NCBI GenBank assembly: GCA_051656485.1
Contig: JBOGBZ010000042.1
Location: 12,568 to 76,567, forward strand
DNA: 64,000 nucleotides
Reading direction: 5' to 3'
DNA from: Cellulosilyticaceae bacterium
Lineage (GTDB): Bacteria; Bacillota; Clostridia; Lachnospirales; Cellulosilyticaceae
The translations under genes were made by a program, and so were the position numbers. The notes under the pieces were generated by a model. The model did not search any database, was not told the origin of the DNA, and saw only the letters and a list, made by a program, of their open reading frames with translations. Below, piece by piece: positions 1 through 10,148 of the stretch. How positions within the stretch are numbered: the first letter of the stretch is position 1; the number at the start of each line of letters is the position of its first letter.

Positions 1-2
1 AT

Positions 3-263
3 CCTTGTTATGACCCTGAAAACTACTACTGTGCGAAAGACCATTGTCTCTGTGATTCCCCATCTTGTTGTTGTGAAAATACCATGACAAATGCACTGGC
101 ACCGTATCTTGGCAAGCAAGTCATCATCTGCATCGGCAACACACGTATGCGCGTACTCGTTTGTGGTATCTGTGGCAGCTTTGTTAAAGTACTCTCTATC
201 AAATGCGGCCGTAACCTCTTTATTAATGCTTGTAAAATCACTAGTGTAACCCTTTCTTGCTAA
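3..263 (+). CDS. 3' end of a Cys-rich hypothetical protein (5' end outside window)
   Basis: Frame +3 is open from the window edge to TAA 261-263 (..PCYDPENYYCAKDHCLCDSPSCCCEN..KITSVTLSC*). A strong hairpin terminator follows 4 nt after the stop. Preferred over the overlapping minus ORF 26..241. Confidence 0.35.
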   Translation, partial: PCYDPENYYCAKDHCLCDSPSCCCENTMTNALAPYLGKQVIICIGNTRMRVLVCGICGSFVKVLSIKCGRNLFINACKITSVTLSC

Positions 264-266
264 TAC

Positions 267-302
267 AAAAAAAGCTGAAATCTCACGATTTCAGCTTTTT
301 TT
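267..302. terminator. Bidirectional rho-independent terminator
   Basis: A-run, stem AGCTGAAATC, loop TCAC, stem GATTTCAGCT, T-run. Lies between convergent stops at 263 (+) and 307 (-). Confidence 0.8.
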
Positions 303-306
303 GTAT

Positions 307-1641
307 TTATACGAGCACTTGTAGTGCTGCTGTATTCAGAATGCTCCATGGTTTATTGAAATGAGGTTGGAAGAAGAAGTCTGTAACTGCTAGTTCTTCT
401 ATAGTCATTTTATTTTGGATCACAACTGAAAGGGTATTCATCATCTGTGTTAAGTCTTGCTTACTGATGATTTGACCACCTAGTACGCGTCTTGTTGTCT
501 TGTCATAGACGATACTTAAGGTTACTTCTTCAAAAGTTGGCATAAATTCTGGTCTATCATTATCTGTTACAGTAACACTAGCTACATCATAAGATGTGGT
601 CGCTTTGGCCACTTCTTCTGTCATACCTGTAGATGCGATATTGTAATCGTAGATCTTAATACCTGATGTGCCTTGTGTACCCATATATTTAAGTGTAGGT
701 TCTACTAAGTTTTTAGCCACAAGGAAGCCCATACGTACAGCATTAGTCGCAAGTGGAATATAACGCTTATCTTCCGCTGGATTATACCCTACCACACAGC
801 AATCCCCTGCTGCGAAAACATCTGGATTACTTGTGCGCATATAGTCATCAATAACGATTGCGCCATTTGGTAGCATCTCTAATTGCCCTTTAAGTAAAGC
901 AGTATTTGGTCTAAAGCCGATACATAGTACCACCATATCTGCCTCATAGCACCCTTTATCTGTCACCACTGCCGATACTTTACCGTCCACGCCTTCAAAC
1001 TTCTCTACCTTTTCTCCCATAGCAAGGGTTACACCATGCGCTGTAAATGCTGCTTCTGCTTTATTTGTAAAAGTCTTATCCAGATACTTGCTCATCATAC
1101 GTGCTTCTGCATCCACAAGGATGGTTTCTTTACCTAAGATTTCAAAGGCTTCTGCTAATTCGACACCGATGTAGCCTGCGCCGATAACCACAATCTTCTT
1201 CGCTTCTTTAGCACGCTCAATAATTGTCTGAGAGTGGTTGTAGTTTTTAGATAAAAGGATATTCTCAAGTTCGATGCCTTCAAATGGTGGAATGATTGGC
1301 CATGAGCCTAATGTAACGATGAGTTTATCGTACTGATCTTCAAACACTTCACCTGTATTTAAATTTTTCACTTGTACTGTTTTTTTCTCTACATTCACGT
1401 CTAGCACATCATGCTCCATCTTAGTCGTCACACCTAACGCCGCTAAACCTTCTGGTGAATTATAAAAAAGTTTCTGAGGTTCTTTTACCACATCTGCTAC
1501 ATGAAGTGCAATGCCACAAGATAAGAATGAAATATTATCATTACGCTCATATACTGTGATTTCTGCATCTTTGTGTATTGCCTTTGTGTTAACAATCGCT
1601 GCTGTTCCTGCATGTGTACATCCTATTACAATAACTTTCAT
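307..1641 (-). CDS. nox: H2O-forming NADH oxidase (pyridine nucleotide-disulfide oxidoreductase, Nox/CoADR family)
   Basis: N-terminal GxGxxG (MKVIVIGCTHAGTAA), redox Cys motif SFLSCG, second NAD fold VVIGAGYIGVE, ~445 aa. GGGGT RBS sits before the ATGATG pair; start 1644 is also possible. Confidence 0.85.
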   Translation of the reverse strand: MKVIVIGCTHAGTAAIVNTKAIHKDAEITVYERNDNISFLSCGIALHVADVVKEPQKLFYNSPEGLAALGVTTKMEHDVLDVNVEKKTVQVKNLNTGEVFEDQYDKLIVTLGSWPIIPPFEGIELENILLSKNYNHSQTIIERAKEAKKIVVIGAGYIGVELAEAFEILGKETILVDAEARMMSKYLDKTFTNKAEAAFTAHGVTLAMGEKVEKFEGVDGKVSAVVTDKGCYEADMVVLCIGFRPNTALLKGQLEMLPNGAIVIDDYMRTSNPDVFAAGDCCVVGYNPAEDKRYIPLATNAVRMGFLVAKNLVEPTLKYMGTQGTSGIKIYDYNIASTGMTEEVAKATTSYDVASVTVTDNDRPEFMPTFEEVTLSIVYDKTTRRVLGGQIISKQDLTQMMNTLSVVIQNKMTIEELAVTDFFFQPHFNKPWSILNTAALQVLV

Positions 1642-1793
1642 CATTTTACCCCTTTTCATTATTTATAGTTTATGATTTATTTATATGCATGTTTTATCTT
1701 TATCATTATGTTTTAATGATAACACAGTTAATAGCAGTATTCAATTAATACTTATTATTTTTTAGTTTCTTTTTTTATATATTCTCTGCCCAC

Positions 1794-1820
1794 AAAAAAA
1801 ACTACACATCTCTGTGTAGT
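1794..1820 (-). terminator. Rho-independent terminator of hpt
   Basis: Hairpin ACTACACA-TCTC-TGTGTAGT, followed on the minus strand by T8. Confidence 0.75.
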
Positions 1821-1832
1821 CTTTTATTTCTG

Positions 1833-2372
1833 TTATTTTTCGTAAACTTCTGGTTTAAGAATGGCAATATAAGGTAAGTTTCTGTAATACTCTGCATAAT
1901 CGATACCATAACCTACGATAAACTCATCTGGCAATTCAAAACCGATATAATCTACGTATACTGTTTCTTTACGTCTCGCTGGCTTATCTACTAATGTACA
2001 TAGTTTGATACTTGCTGGCTTACGTGTCTCTAACATTTGCTTTAAGTACTTAAGGGTTAAGCCACTATCGATGATATCTTCTACGATAAGAAGATGCTTC
2101 CCTTCTAAACTTTCTTCGATGTCTTTTATTATTTTTACAACGCCTGTGGATTCTGTAGCGTTACCGTAGCTAGATACTACCATAAAATCCATTTTCATCG
2201 GCATCTGAATCTTTCTCACTAAGTCACTCATGAATACATTGGATCCTTTTAAGATCCCTACTACTAAAAGCTCTTGCCCTTCGTAGTCACGTGTGATTTG
2301 TTCCCCAAGCTCTTTTACTTTATCTGCTATTTGTTCTGCACTTAACAGCACTTGTTTGATGTCTTTTTCCAT
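1833..2372 (-). CDS. hpt: Hypoxanthine(-guanine) phosphoribosyltransferase
   Basis: 179 aa. PRPP-binding motif LLIVEDIIDSGLTL, VVGILKGS and the C-terminal DFIGF/VGYGIDY signature typical of Hpt. Confidence 0.9.
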   Translation of the reverse strand: MEKDIKQVLLSAEQIADKVKELGEQITRDYEGQELLVVGILKGSNVFMSDLVRKIQMPMKMDFMVVSSYGNATESTGVVKIIKDIEESLEGKHLLIVEDIIDSGLTLKYLKQMLETRKPASIKLCTLVDKPARRKETVYVDYIGFELPDEFIVGYGIDYAEYYRNLPYIAILKPEVYEK

Positions 2373-2467
2373 CCCTGCACCTCTATTTTGTCTTTATGAT
2401 AGTTGTATTATAGCAAAAAACAGACAAAAACTCAAACAAATTTTATACCAACCAAAATAATGTTCGG

Positions 2468-4060
2468 TTAAACTGTGGTAAGTGGACGGTAACGCTTCGC
2501 AATGGCTTCTGCCACTTCAATCCCATCCACACCTGCTGATGTGATCCCTCCTGCATAGCCTGCACCTTCACCTGCTGGGTAAATCCCTTTGATATTACAC
2601 ATATAGTCTTCGTGACGTCTGATACGTATCGGTGATGAACTACGTGTCTCAAACCCTGTAAGGAGTGCTTCTGGATGGGCAAAGTGCTTCATCTTCCTAC
2701 CAAAAGCTACAAGGGCTTCACTTACAGCGTCTTGCATGAAGTTTGGTAAAGCTTCTCTTAAATTGGTCATGTGGACACCTGGCTCATAAGTCGGTACCAC
2801 ACAGCCATACGCAGTCGAAGCTTCATTGGCTAAGAAGTCCCCTACTGTTTGGCATGGTGCCTTATAGTTACTGCCACCTAAAGTGTATGCCAGCTTCTCA
2901 AATTCACGTTGCAAGTACATCCCACCTAATGGATGTGTGGTGCCGAAGTCTTCTGGTCCGATATTAACCAATACCGCACTATTGGCATTACGCCCATTAC
3001 GGCTATACTCACTCATCCCATTGGTTACTACCATCTCTTCTTCAGATGCCGACGCTACCACATAGCCGCCTGGACACATACAGAAAGTATAGACCGCACG
3101 ACCATTTTCACAGTGGTGTACCAGCTTGTATTCTGCCGCACCTAAGTACTCACTTCTAGTGGCATCACCATACTGGTCCGCATTCACCCATTCTTGTAGA
3201 TGCTCGATACGCATCCCCATAGAAAATGGCTTTTGCTCGATGTCCACTGACTTGTCGTACAGCATCTCAAAAGTATCTCTCGCACTATGCCCTACTGCCA
3301 AGACGCATACTTCTGTCTCTAGACGTTCTGTACCATTTAGCTCCACAGCCTTAAGCACGCCATTCTCCGTTTCAAAACCTGTAAGACACGTCTCAAAGCG
3401 GTACTCACCACCTAGTCGCTCGATTTCTTGGCGGATATGCTTCACGACCGTCTGTAAAATATCTGTGCCTACATGTGGCTTGTTTTTATAGGTGATCTCT
3501 TCAGGTGCGCCAGCTGCTGCTAACTCTTGAAGCACCTTATGACAACGCACGTTTTTAATCTGAGTCGTTAGCTTCCCGTCTGAGAAAGTACCTGCACCAC
3601 CTTCACCAAACTGCACATTGGATTTCGGGTCGAATGTCCCTTCTTTCCAGAAAGCTTGTACATCTTCTACACGTGCTTCCACTGCCTTACCTCGCTCGAT
3701 GACCACTGGCTTATAGCCCATCTGTGCTAATATAAGTGCTGCAAACATACCGCAAGGGCCACTACCTACGACTACTGGTCTGTGGTTCAGTTTTTCTTCA
3801 CCTGTTTCCACATAAGCGTATGCTAGCTTTGGCGTCTTTGTTGCACGCTTCTTATCCAGTAACATTTGATCTTTGGTTGTCTCTAAATCTACTGTATACA
3901 CCCATTTGATAGCGTCTTTTTTACGGGCATCAATGGCTTTTTTAAAGATGCGATAAGACTTGATGTCATTCACATTTATTTTTAGTTTCTTTGCAATTTG
4001 CTCTGGTAATCTTTCTTCTTTTTCTTCTAGTTGCAATACAATTTCTTGTACACGAATCAT
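2468..4060 (-). CDS. FAD-dependent oxidoreductase (COG2509-type)
   Basis: 530 aa. Dinucleotide fold VVVGSGPCGMFAALILAQMG, C-terminal GIYPAGEGAGYAGGI motif. AAGGAG RBS. Confidence 0.7.
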   Translation of the reverse strand: MIRVQEIVLQLEEKEERLPEQIAKKLKINVNDIKSYRIFKKAIDARKKDAIKWVYTVDLETTKDQMLLDKKRATKTPKLAYAYVETGEEKLNHRPVVVGSGPCGMFAALILAQMGYKPVVIERGKAVEARVEDVQAFWKEGTFDPKSNVQFGEGGAGTFSDGKLTTQIKNVRCHKVLQELAAAGAPEEITYKNKPHVGTDILQTVVKHIRQEIERLGGEYRFETCLTGFETENGVLKAVELNGTERLETEVCVLAVGHSARDTFEMLYDKSVDIEQKPFSMGMRIEHLQEWVNADQYGDATRSEYLGAAEYKLVHHCENGRAVYTFCMCPGGYVVASASEEEMVVTNGMSEYSRNGRNANSAVLVNIGPEDFGTTHPLGGMYLQREFEKLAYTLGGSNYKAPCQTVGDFLANEASTAYGCVVPTYEPGVHMTNLREALPNFMQDAVSEALVAFGRKMKHFAHPEALLTGFETRSSSPIRIRRHEDYMCNIKGIYPAGEGAGYAGGITSAGVDGIEVAEAIAKRYRPLTTV

Positions 4061-4072
4061 GTTGGTTTCTCC

Positions 4073-5293
4073 TTATCTTGCCGCTGCTTTCGCTGCTCTA
4101 TAGCCTGTGGACCATGCCCACTGTAAATTATACCCGCCGCAGTCACCATCCACATCCAGCACTTCACCTGTCACATAAAGGTGTGGTGCTTTCATAGATG
4201 CCATGGTGGTAAGGTCGATCTCATCCAATGAGATACCTCCTGCTGTCGCTTGGGCAAACTTAAAGCCTCTCGTACCTGTGATGTTAAAGACGAGGCACTT
4301 CATACTTCTAGCCAGTCTGCCAATCATCTCATAATCTAAATTCTCACCAGGTGCTACTGGTGACCCGACTTCACTTTGCTTAATCACTGGAATGGCTACT
4401 TTTTTATGGAGCCAACCCACGAATAATTCTTCGATAGTCTTGCTTGGATTGCTACCGATACGCTCATAGAACTTGCCGATGAGGGTTTCTTCGTCTAAGT
4501 TTGGGAATAAGTCTAGGTGAACTTCGCAAGGTGTCTTCTTCATACTTGCTTCTGCTGCTACCCTACTTAATTGGAAAATAGGTGGCCCCGATAAGCCATC
4601 TTCTGTAAATAAGACTTCGCCTAACTCTTCACGTCTCACACGTCCTTCTGTTAGCACACTTACTTTACCTTTCACACGAATCCCTTGCATCATCTTGCAG
4701 TATGGTGTAGGAGATGTCATGTGTACAAGTGTCGGATAGGTGGTATACGTATGGTGTCCTAGTTTTTCCAGTAGTCCATACCCTACCTCATCACATCCTA
4801 GCTGTGGTGCTGCCTTACCACCTGTCGCCAGAATGATACGGTCAAACGTCCAGGCATTGCCCACTGCACTTTTCACTTGCCAACCTTCGTTGTACTTTAA
4901 AGAAGTGACACATTCATCCACACATACGGTCACACCCAGTTGCTCTAATTCTAATCGCATCACATCAAGCACACTACTAGCTTGCTCTGATAGCGGATAT
5001 ACTTTGCCTTTCTCGATTAGTGGTTCGATCCCTAACGACTCAAAAAAAGCCAATGTGTCATCGTAGTTGAAGCCTTCAACGACTTCATAAGGATTCTTCT
5101 TACTATGTGTATGAAAATGCTTCGCTTGAAGGTCCGTATGGGTCATATTACACCGCCCATTCCCTGTCACTAGTATTTTCTTGCCGATACGATTTTGTCT
5201 TTCTATAACGGTTACTTCCATGCCTTCTCTTGCTGCTACTATGGCTGCCATAAGGCCAGAAGCGCCACCGCCAATAATGCCTATTTTGTACAT
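4073..5293 (-). CDS. HI0933/BaiN-like NAD(P)/FAD-dependent flavoprotein
   Basis: MYKIGIIGGGASGLMAA, GKKILVTGNGRCNMTH and C-terminal GEVLDVDGDCGGYNLQWAWSTG are hallmark motifs of the HI0933-like family. Confidence 0.8.
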   Translation of the reverse strand: MYKIGIIGGGASGLMAAIVAAREGMEVTVIERQNRIGKKILVTGNGRCNMTHTDLQAKHFHTHSKKNPYEVVEGFNYDDTLAFFESLGIEPLIEKGKVYPLSEQASSVLDVMRLELEQLGVTVCVDECVTSLKYNEGWQVKSAVGNAWTFDRIILATGGKAAPQLGCDEVGYGLLEKLGHHTYTTYPTLVHMTSPTPYCKMMQGIRVKGKVSVLTEGRVRREELGEVLFTEDGLSGPPIFQLSRVAAEASMKKTPCEVHLDLFPNLDEETLIGKFYERIGSNPSKTIEELFVGWLHKKVAIPVIKQSEVGSPVAPGENLDYEMIGRLARSMKCLVFNITGTRGFKFAQATAGGISLDEIDLTTMASMKAPHLYVTGEVLDVDGDCGGYNLQWAWSTGYRAAKAAAR

Positions 5294-5370
5294 AATCTCA
5301 TCCTCTCTTTGCCTTTATTGTATGAGGAATTTTATTTTTTGACAAGCAAAAGCTGGCTATCGCCAGCTTT

Positions 5371-5982
5371 TTACTCATTATAGTTTTGTAAAATTTGTTC
5401 GATGTAGTAGGGTTGCTGCTGAAGTGCCAGCTTCTGATTCAACGTAATGGGCATCCCACTTCCTACGAAAAGCTGCAAATCTTGTGGTGTGAAATAAGTC
5501 TCTGGTAGTTGTAATGAAAGAAAACTCTGCTGTGGTCCCTGCTCCAGTATCCCTAAGAAACCATTCTGCACCACAAGAGCATAAGTGATAGGCGTCGTCT
5601 TCTCAGGTAGTTGCTTTTGTAAGACGACTTCATAGGCATCAAACTGTACAATCTGATAATCCTTCATACGCTCTTTGAGCATACCTTCTGTAACACCTAG
5701 AAAAAGGGTCGCATCCATCTCACTTTCGGTAATGACCTTACGGTTCCCATCTACCATTTGTAAGCGCATCTTCGTGGTGGGTACGATCTTAATGTCTGTA
5801 TCCAAGTTTTCCTTTATATCTTGAGAGGTACTTAAGGTCTCGCGTGCCTGTACCACTTCTTCCTGAGCTATAGGCGTCTTCCTTCCTGTATAATAAAAAT
5901 ACGTATAACATACCGCAAGGGCTATAAAAAATAGAATACTGCCCCCTACTAATAGGGTAGTAAATTGTCGTTTTGTAAACAC
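5371..5982 (-). CDS. Membrane-anchored hypothetical protein
   Basis: GTG start behind AAGGAGG. One N-terminal TM helix (LLVGGSILFFIALAVCYTYFYY) and a soluble C-terminal domain. No family recognised. Confidence 0.5.
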   Translation of the reverse strand: MFTKRQFTTLLVGGSILFFIALAVCYTYFYYTGRKTPIAQEEVVQARETLSTSQDIKENLDTDIKIVPTTKMRLQMVDGNRKVITESEMDATLFLGVTEGMLKERMKDYQIVQFDAYEVVLQKQLPEKTTPITYALVVQNGFLGILEQGPQQSFLSLQLPETYFTPQDLQLFVGSGMPITLNQKLALQQQPYYIEQILQNYNE

Positions 5983-6079
5983 AAAAAGCCTCCTTAGTGG
6001 ATAAAAATAAATAGATTACCTAGATTGTGTCCTTCTTTTTATTTTTTATACACTATGAGAGACTTTTACAGAGATTTAT

Positions 6080-7738
6080 TTATCTTTTAGGAAGGAAAGC
6101 ACTGAGCTTATGCCCTCCTGGAATATTTACCAAATCTTTCTCACTAATGGTGCCTGTCACAATGCCTAGTACCCCATAGATGACGACCGCGATACCGATG
6201 CTCACCATAAGCCATAAACTTACGGAAGGTTTTATGCCATATAAAAGCATGTAGATGCCTTTCGCTACTACACCCATGATGATGGCGATCCCTACTGGCT
6301 TAATCACAAGATCTAACCAATGGAATCTAGCGCCCATGGTCTTGAGTAAATACCTTATGTTTAACCCTGCATAAATCATGTAGCAAATCGTAGTGCTATG
6401 GATGACCCCGTAGATATGCACCGATGGCATACTAAGGAGTATCACGTTCAGTACGACTTTAATGCTACAAGCAATGACCGCATGAATGGTTGGAATCTGC
6501 TGCCTACCCATACCTTGTAAAATCCCCGCACTTAACTGTGCTAAGGTGATGAAGATAATGGCGATCCCGCCATACGCTAAAAGCTCACCGCCATAAGGTT
6601 CTTTCGGAAGTAAAAACATAATAATTTCCTTGCCAAATACCATAAGGCCTAAAGCAGATGGTGCTGCAAAAAGCATCCCAATCTTAAAGATCATATGGGT
6701 TTTCTGGTGCACATCTTTCTTATCCCCTTTTGCCATACTTGCTGCAATAGCAGGTGTTGCTGCCATCCCCAGTGTAAGGATCAGACTTACAGGCAAATTA
6801 AGAATGGTCATATACTTTAAGGAAAAGATACCCGTCAAACTCTTGGAGATAAGCTCCGTACTATGTAAGACCTCACTACTTACAGGCAGACGTGCCATCT
6901 CACCGGCTGCTCTTAGCTTTTCGATGGTTTGTGGCAAGATACTGCCCATCATCCCATAGTCGATGGTCGTCATCACCGAAAAGACAGATGCACTCAGCAT
7001 GATTGGTACACTGGTAACGAGTATTTGCTTTAATATCTGGCTGTTACTTTCTCTAAAGACATGCTGACTCTTACGGATCTTCCGATGGATGCGGTCTCTT
7101 AAAAGGTAGTAGACCAACACAAGGAACCCTACACCGACTAAGCCTCCCACTGCCACCCCTAGTGTGCTTCCTACTACGGCAGCTTCTAGTCCGAACTGTA
7201 AAAGCGCATAGGCAAGAACGATACTTACAATGGCATGGACCAGCTGCTCAATAATTTGTGCAATGGCTGTAGGTGCCATGGACTGCATCCCTTGGAAGTA
7301 CCCTTTCATGACAGCCATGACGGTAACGATCACCACCGCTGGTACCAATGCACGAATGGCACTTTTAGCTTCTGGCATTTGGAAAAATAAGCTGGCACCA
7401 CCTGCACCAAACCATAGTACGATGGATAAGACCAGTGATAACCCTACGGAGTAGACCATTGCAATCTTATAAATACCGTGTGCTGCCTTATAATCCCCCA
7501 CTGCTCGCCGTTCAGATACTAACTTGGAAATCGCACTGGGTAGCCCAATAGACGTCAAGGTAATGATAATAATATAAACTTGATACGCTACCGAATAAAT
7601 CCCATTACCTACATCACCTAATGCATTGGTAACTGGTAAACGATATAAGATGCCGATGATCTTTGTAATCATAACAGACATAGACAAAATCATTGCACCT
7701 TTCACGATGTTTTGTCCTTGATTCTTCTTTGGTGCCAT
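6080..7738 (-). CDS. MOP-superfamily polysaccharide/lipid II flippase (SpoVB/MurJ-like)
   Basis: 552 aa and ~14 predicted TM helices. The N-terminus KGAMILSMSVMITKIIGILYRLPVTN..G.G.Y is typical of SpoVB-type putative flippases. Confidence 0.75.
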   Translation of the reverse strand: MAPKKNQGQNIVKGAMILSMSVMITKIIGILYRLPVTNALGDVGNGIYSVAYQVYIIIITLTSIGLPSAISKLVSERRAVGDYKAAHGIYKIAMVYSVGLSLVLSIVLWFGAGGASLFFQMPEAKSAIRALVPAVVIVTVMAVMKGYFQGMQSMAPTAIAQIIEQLVHAIVSIVLAYALLQFGLEAAVVGSTLGVAVGGLVGVGFLVLVYYLLRDRIHRKIRKSQHVFRESNSQILKQILVTSVPIMLSASVFSVMTTIDYGMMGSILPQTIEKLRAAGEMARLPVSSEVLHSTELISKSLTGIFSLKYMTILNLPVSLILTLGMAATPAIAASMAKGDKKDVHQKTHMIFKIGMLFAAPSALGLMVFGKEIIMFLLPKEPYGGELLAYGGIAIIFITLAQLSAGILQGMGRQQIPTIHAVIACSIKVVLNVILLSMPSVHIYGVIHSTTICYMIYAGLNIRYLLKTMGARFHWLDLVIKPVGIAIIMGVVAKGIYMLLYGIKPSVSLWLMVSIGIAVVIYGVLGIVTGTISEKDLVNIPGGHKLSAFLPKR

Positions 7739-7872
7739 GTACCCATTCCCCTTCGTATGCTTTTCTTACTATTATAGCACTATTCTACACCGTTCTACAA
7801 CGACAAACCCACACAGGTTGTCCCTCTTTTTTATGCTTTTCAGCGAGGCATGCACCTCGCTTAGCATACTTT

Positions 7873-8325
7873 TTAGATTTCTTCTTCTGGCGCCCGCTCT
7901 AACAAACGGTTTTTTAGCTTACGCTTGCAAAAAAGCCGATAGCGATTAACCACCTCTGGATATTGTCTATTAAAAGCTACAAAACGTTCAATTGTTTCTA
8001 GTGTTTCATATGTTAAATACTGCTTCATCATTTCCGCTTCTTCTTCAGTCCCCTTCGGTAATTGTAAAATCTCCCCAAACTCCTCCATCAAAGCATCACG
8101 GGATATCAGAAAGCGGGCCATTTCCTTCCCCTTCTCTGTAATGGTCAAAGGCTGATAAGCGAGATACACAATAAACTTTTGGTAATGTAGGCGTTGAAGT
8201 GCTTGGATGGTTTTTTTCAGCGGTGCATTCAGTGCTTTGGAAATATCTGCACACTTAAGCTCTTCTTCTTTGATAGCCATCCCATAAATTGTCATCAAAT
8301 ATTTTTCTAAGCTCGAAGATAGCAC
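7873..8325 (-). CDS. DtxR/MntR-family metal-dependent transcriptional regulator
   Basis: GTG start after a GGGGGA RBS. N-terminal LEKYLMTIYGM..ISKALN wHTH pattern, 150 aa. Confidence 0.65.
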   Translation of the reverse strand: MLSSSLEKYLMTIYGMAIKEEELKCADISKALNAPLKKTIQALQRLHYQKFIVYLAYQPLTITEKGKEMARFLISRDALMEEFGEILQLPKGTEEEAEMMKQYLTYETLETIERFVAFNRQYPEVVNRYRLFCKRKLKNRLLERAPEEEI

Positions 8326-8469
8326 TTGTCTTCCCCCTTCTCTTGGTACGTATAATAATATATGCTTTTACGGCTTATACACATACCATCTTTGATTAAG
8401 ATTGACATACGTACACAAGCTATATTAAAATAAGAACGATTCTATTTATTTATATAAGGAGGTGACAAC

Positions 8470-9351
8470 ATGAGATCAATTGCACTTATTACAGATTCAT
8501 CAAGTGATTTAAACGCTTCTGTTGTTTCACAATACAACATCAAGCAAATCCCATTTTATGTTTCTTTCAATCAAGTTGATTATCACAAGGAGATTGTAGA
8601 AATGTCGATTGAAGACTTCTACAAACGCATGCGTGAGGAAAAAGCTTTTCCTAAGACATCGCTTCCTTCAATCAACGATTACTACGAAGTTTTTGAAAAC
8701 TATGTAAAAGAAGGCAAAGACATTCTTTGTATTTGCTTGTCTGGGCATTTCAGTGGCTCTTATAATTCTGCGGTTAACGCACGTGAACTTATTTTAGAAA
8801 ATTATCCTGATACGCATATTGCTATTATTAACTCTTTAAACGCTACTGGTGGCCAAGGTCTTCTCGTAACAGAAGTTGCTCGTATGATTGCTGATGGACT
8901 AAGCTTTGAAACAATCACTGCGACTATTCCAAAACTTATCGAAAAAGCTCGTATCTTCTTCTTCGTGGATACACTTGATTACTTAGAGCACGGTGGCCGT
9001 ATCGGTAAAGCTTCTGCTTTACTTGGGACCATGCTCAACGTTAAACCTATTCTTTATCTACAAGACGGCTTACTCTTCCCAGCGGCGAAAGTTCGCGGTA
9101 GAAAAAAAGCTGTGGCTAAAATCGTAGACCTTGCAAAAGAATACGTAGGTGACGCACCAAACAACTACCAATACATCATTGGTCATGCTGATAATCTCGG
9201 CTATGCTGATGAAATCACAGCTTGCTTCAACAAAGAAATGGCAGTTACTGCACCTGAAGAATACTTCTTCATAGGCACAACTATCGGTGTGAATACAGGC
9301 CCTGATGCTTGTGGTGTTTGTGTGATTCCAAAATACGAAACTCTGGTATAA
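8470..9351 (+). CDS. DegV-family fatty-acid-binding protein
   Basis: IALITDSSSDL N-terminus, 293 aa, C-terminal GVNTGPDACGV. Strong AAGGAGG RBS. Confidence 0.9.
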   Translation: MRSIALITDSSSDLNASVVSQYNIKQIPFYVSFNQVDYHKEIVEMSIEDFYKRMREEKAFPKTSLPSINDYYEVFENYVKEGKDILCICLSGHFSGSYNSAVNARELILENYPDTHIAIINSLNATGGQGLLVTEVARMIADGLSFETITATIPKLIEKARIFFFVDTLDYLEHGGRIGKASALLGTMLNVKPILYLQDGLLFPAAKVRGRKKAVAKIVDLAKEYVGDAPNNYQYIIGHADNLGYADEITACFNKEMAVTAPEEYFFIGTTIGVNTGPDACGVCVIPKYETLV

Positions 9352-9362
9352 AATACCTAACT

Positions 9363-9394
9363 AAAAAAGATGTAGCGCCGCTACATCTTTTTTT
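9363..9394. terminator. Bidirectional rho-independent terminator
   Basis: A6-GATGTAGC-GCC-GCTACATC-T7, between convergent genes. Confidence 0.75.
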
Positions 9395-10076
9395 ATTTGT
9401 ACGTTTTTAATGGTTTGCCAGCAAAGCCATACCCTATGGCTAAAAAGCCCAATACTTCACTGACTGTAAATGGTGGAAAGATACTTAAGGTCGGTATGAA
9501 GTACCCCAGTCCATCTAAAGTTAATGCAACAAGTGCTAAGATAAGCGCTAAGTATTGGCTACGTAGATGGCTGTTTTTGTATTTCCATAATCCCCACAGA
9601 CATATACTGAGCACAACGAATACAAAGCTCCCTTGGGCAATGCTCAAATACTTAGGCCACTCTCCTACTAATGTCAATGTATACCCAAAACTTTCTCCCA
9701 TCTCAATTTGAGTTGGCTGTGTCACTAGCACGAAAAGATAAAAAACAATCCATGGTATAAAAAAAGCAAGGTACTTAGGATAGGTGATCTTTTCTCTAAG
9801 GTGTGGTGTGATATACCAAACTACCGATGCCATGGGTATGGTAAGACCAATGCTTGTGGCTAAATAAAAGTACTTCAGTGCTTCCAGTTGCCCAAGGGAT
9901 GGGCTGTCCCCATAAACAATAAGTGTTAGATATCTAGTCATTGAAAAAGCAAATAGTATCATACACACCCACTTCATCACAGGATACTCTTTTTTCCCCA
10001 CAACACCTATATTAAGCATCAGTACCCCGATGGCTACTATACAAATGATTATTAGTGCTATATACATTCTCTCCAT
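9393..10076 (-). CDS. Polytopic integral membrane protein, unknown function
   Basis: About 7 hydrophobic helices. Start moved to ATG 10076 (MERMYIAL), 5 nt after a GGGGGTG RBS. Confidence 0.5.
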   Translation of the reverse strand: MERMYIALIIICIVAIGVLMLNIGVVGKKEYPVMKWVCMILFAFSMTRYLTLIVYGDSPSLGQLEALKYFYLATSIGLTIPMASVVWYITPHLREKITYPKYLAFFIPWIVFYLFVLVTQPTQIEMGESFGYTLTLVGEWPKYLSIAQGSFVFVVLSICLWGLWKYKNSHLRSQYLALILALVALTLDGLGYFIPTLSIFPPFTVSEVLGFLAIGYGFAGKPLKTYK

Positions 10077-10148
10077 GCTTTCACCCCCTGTTTCATATGT
10101 ATGCATGGGACAAGTTTTTAGAACTAAAAAAGCATCCCGAAGGATGCT

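Noticed and set aside
26-241. Minus-strand ORF 26..241 (71 aa).
   Set aside because: It has no convincing RBS and lies on the wrong side of the hairpin at 267-302 to be terminated by it. The overlapping plus-strand frame ends 4 nt before that terminator and has a coherent Cys-rich composition.
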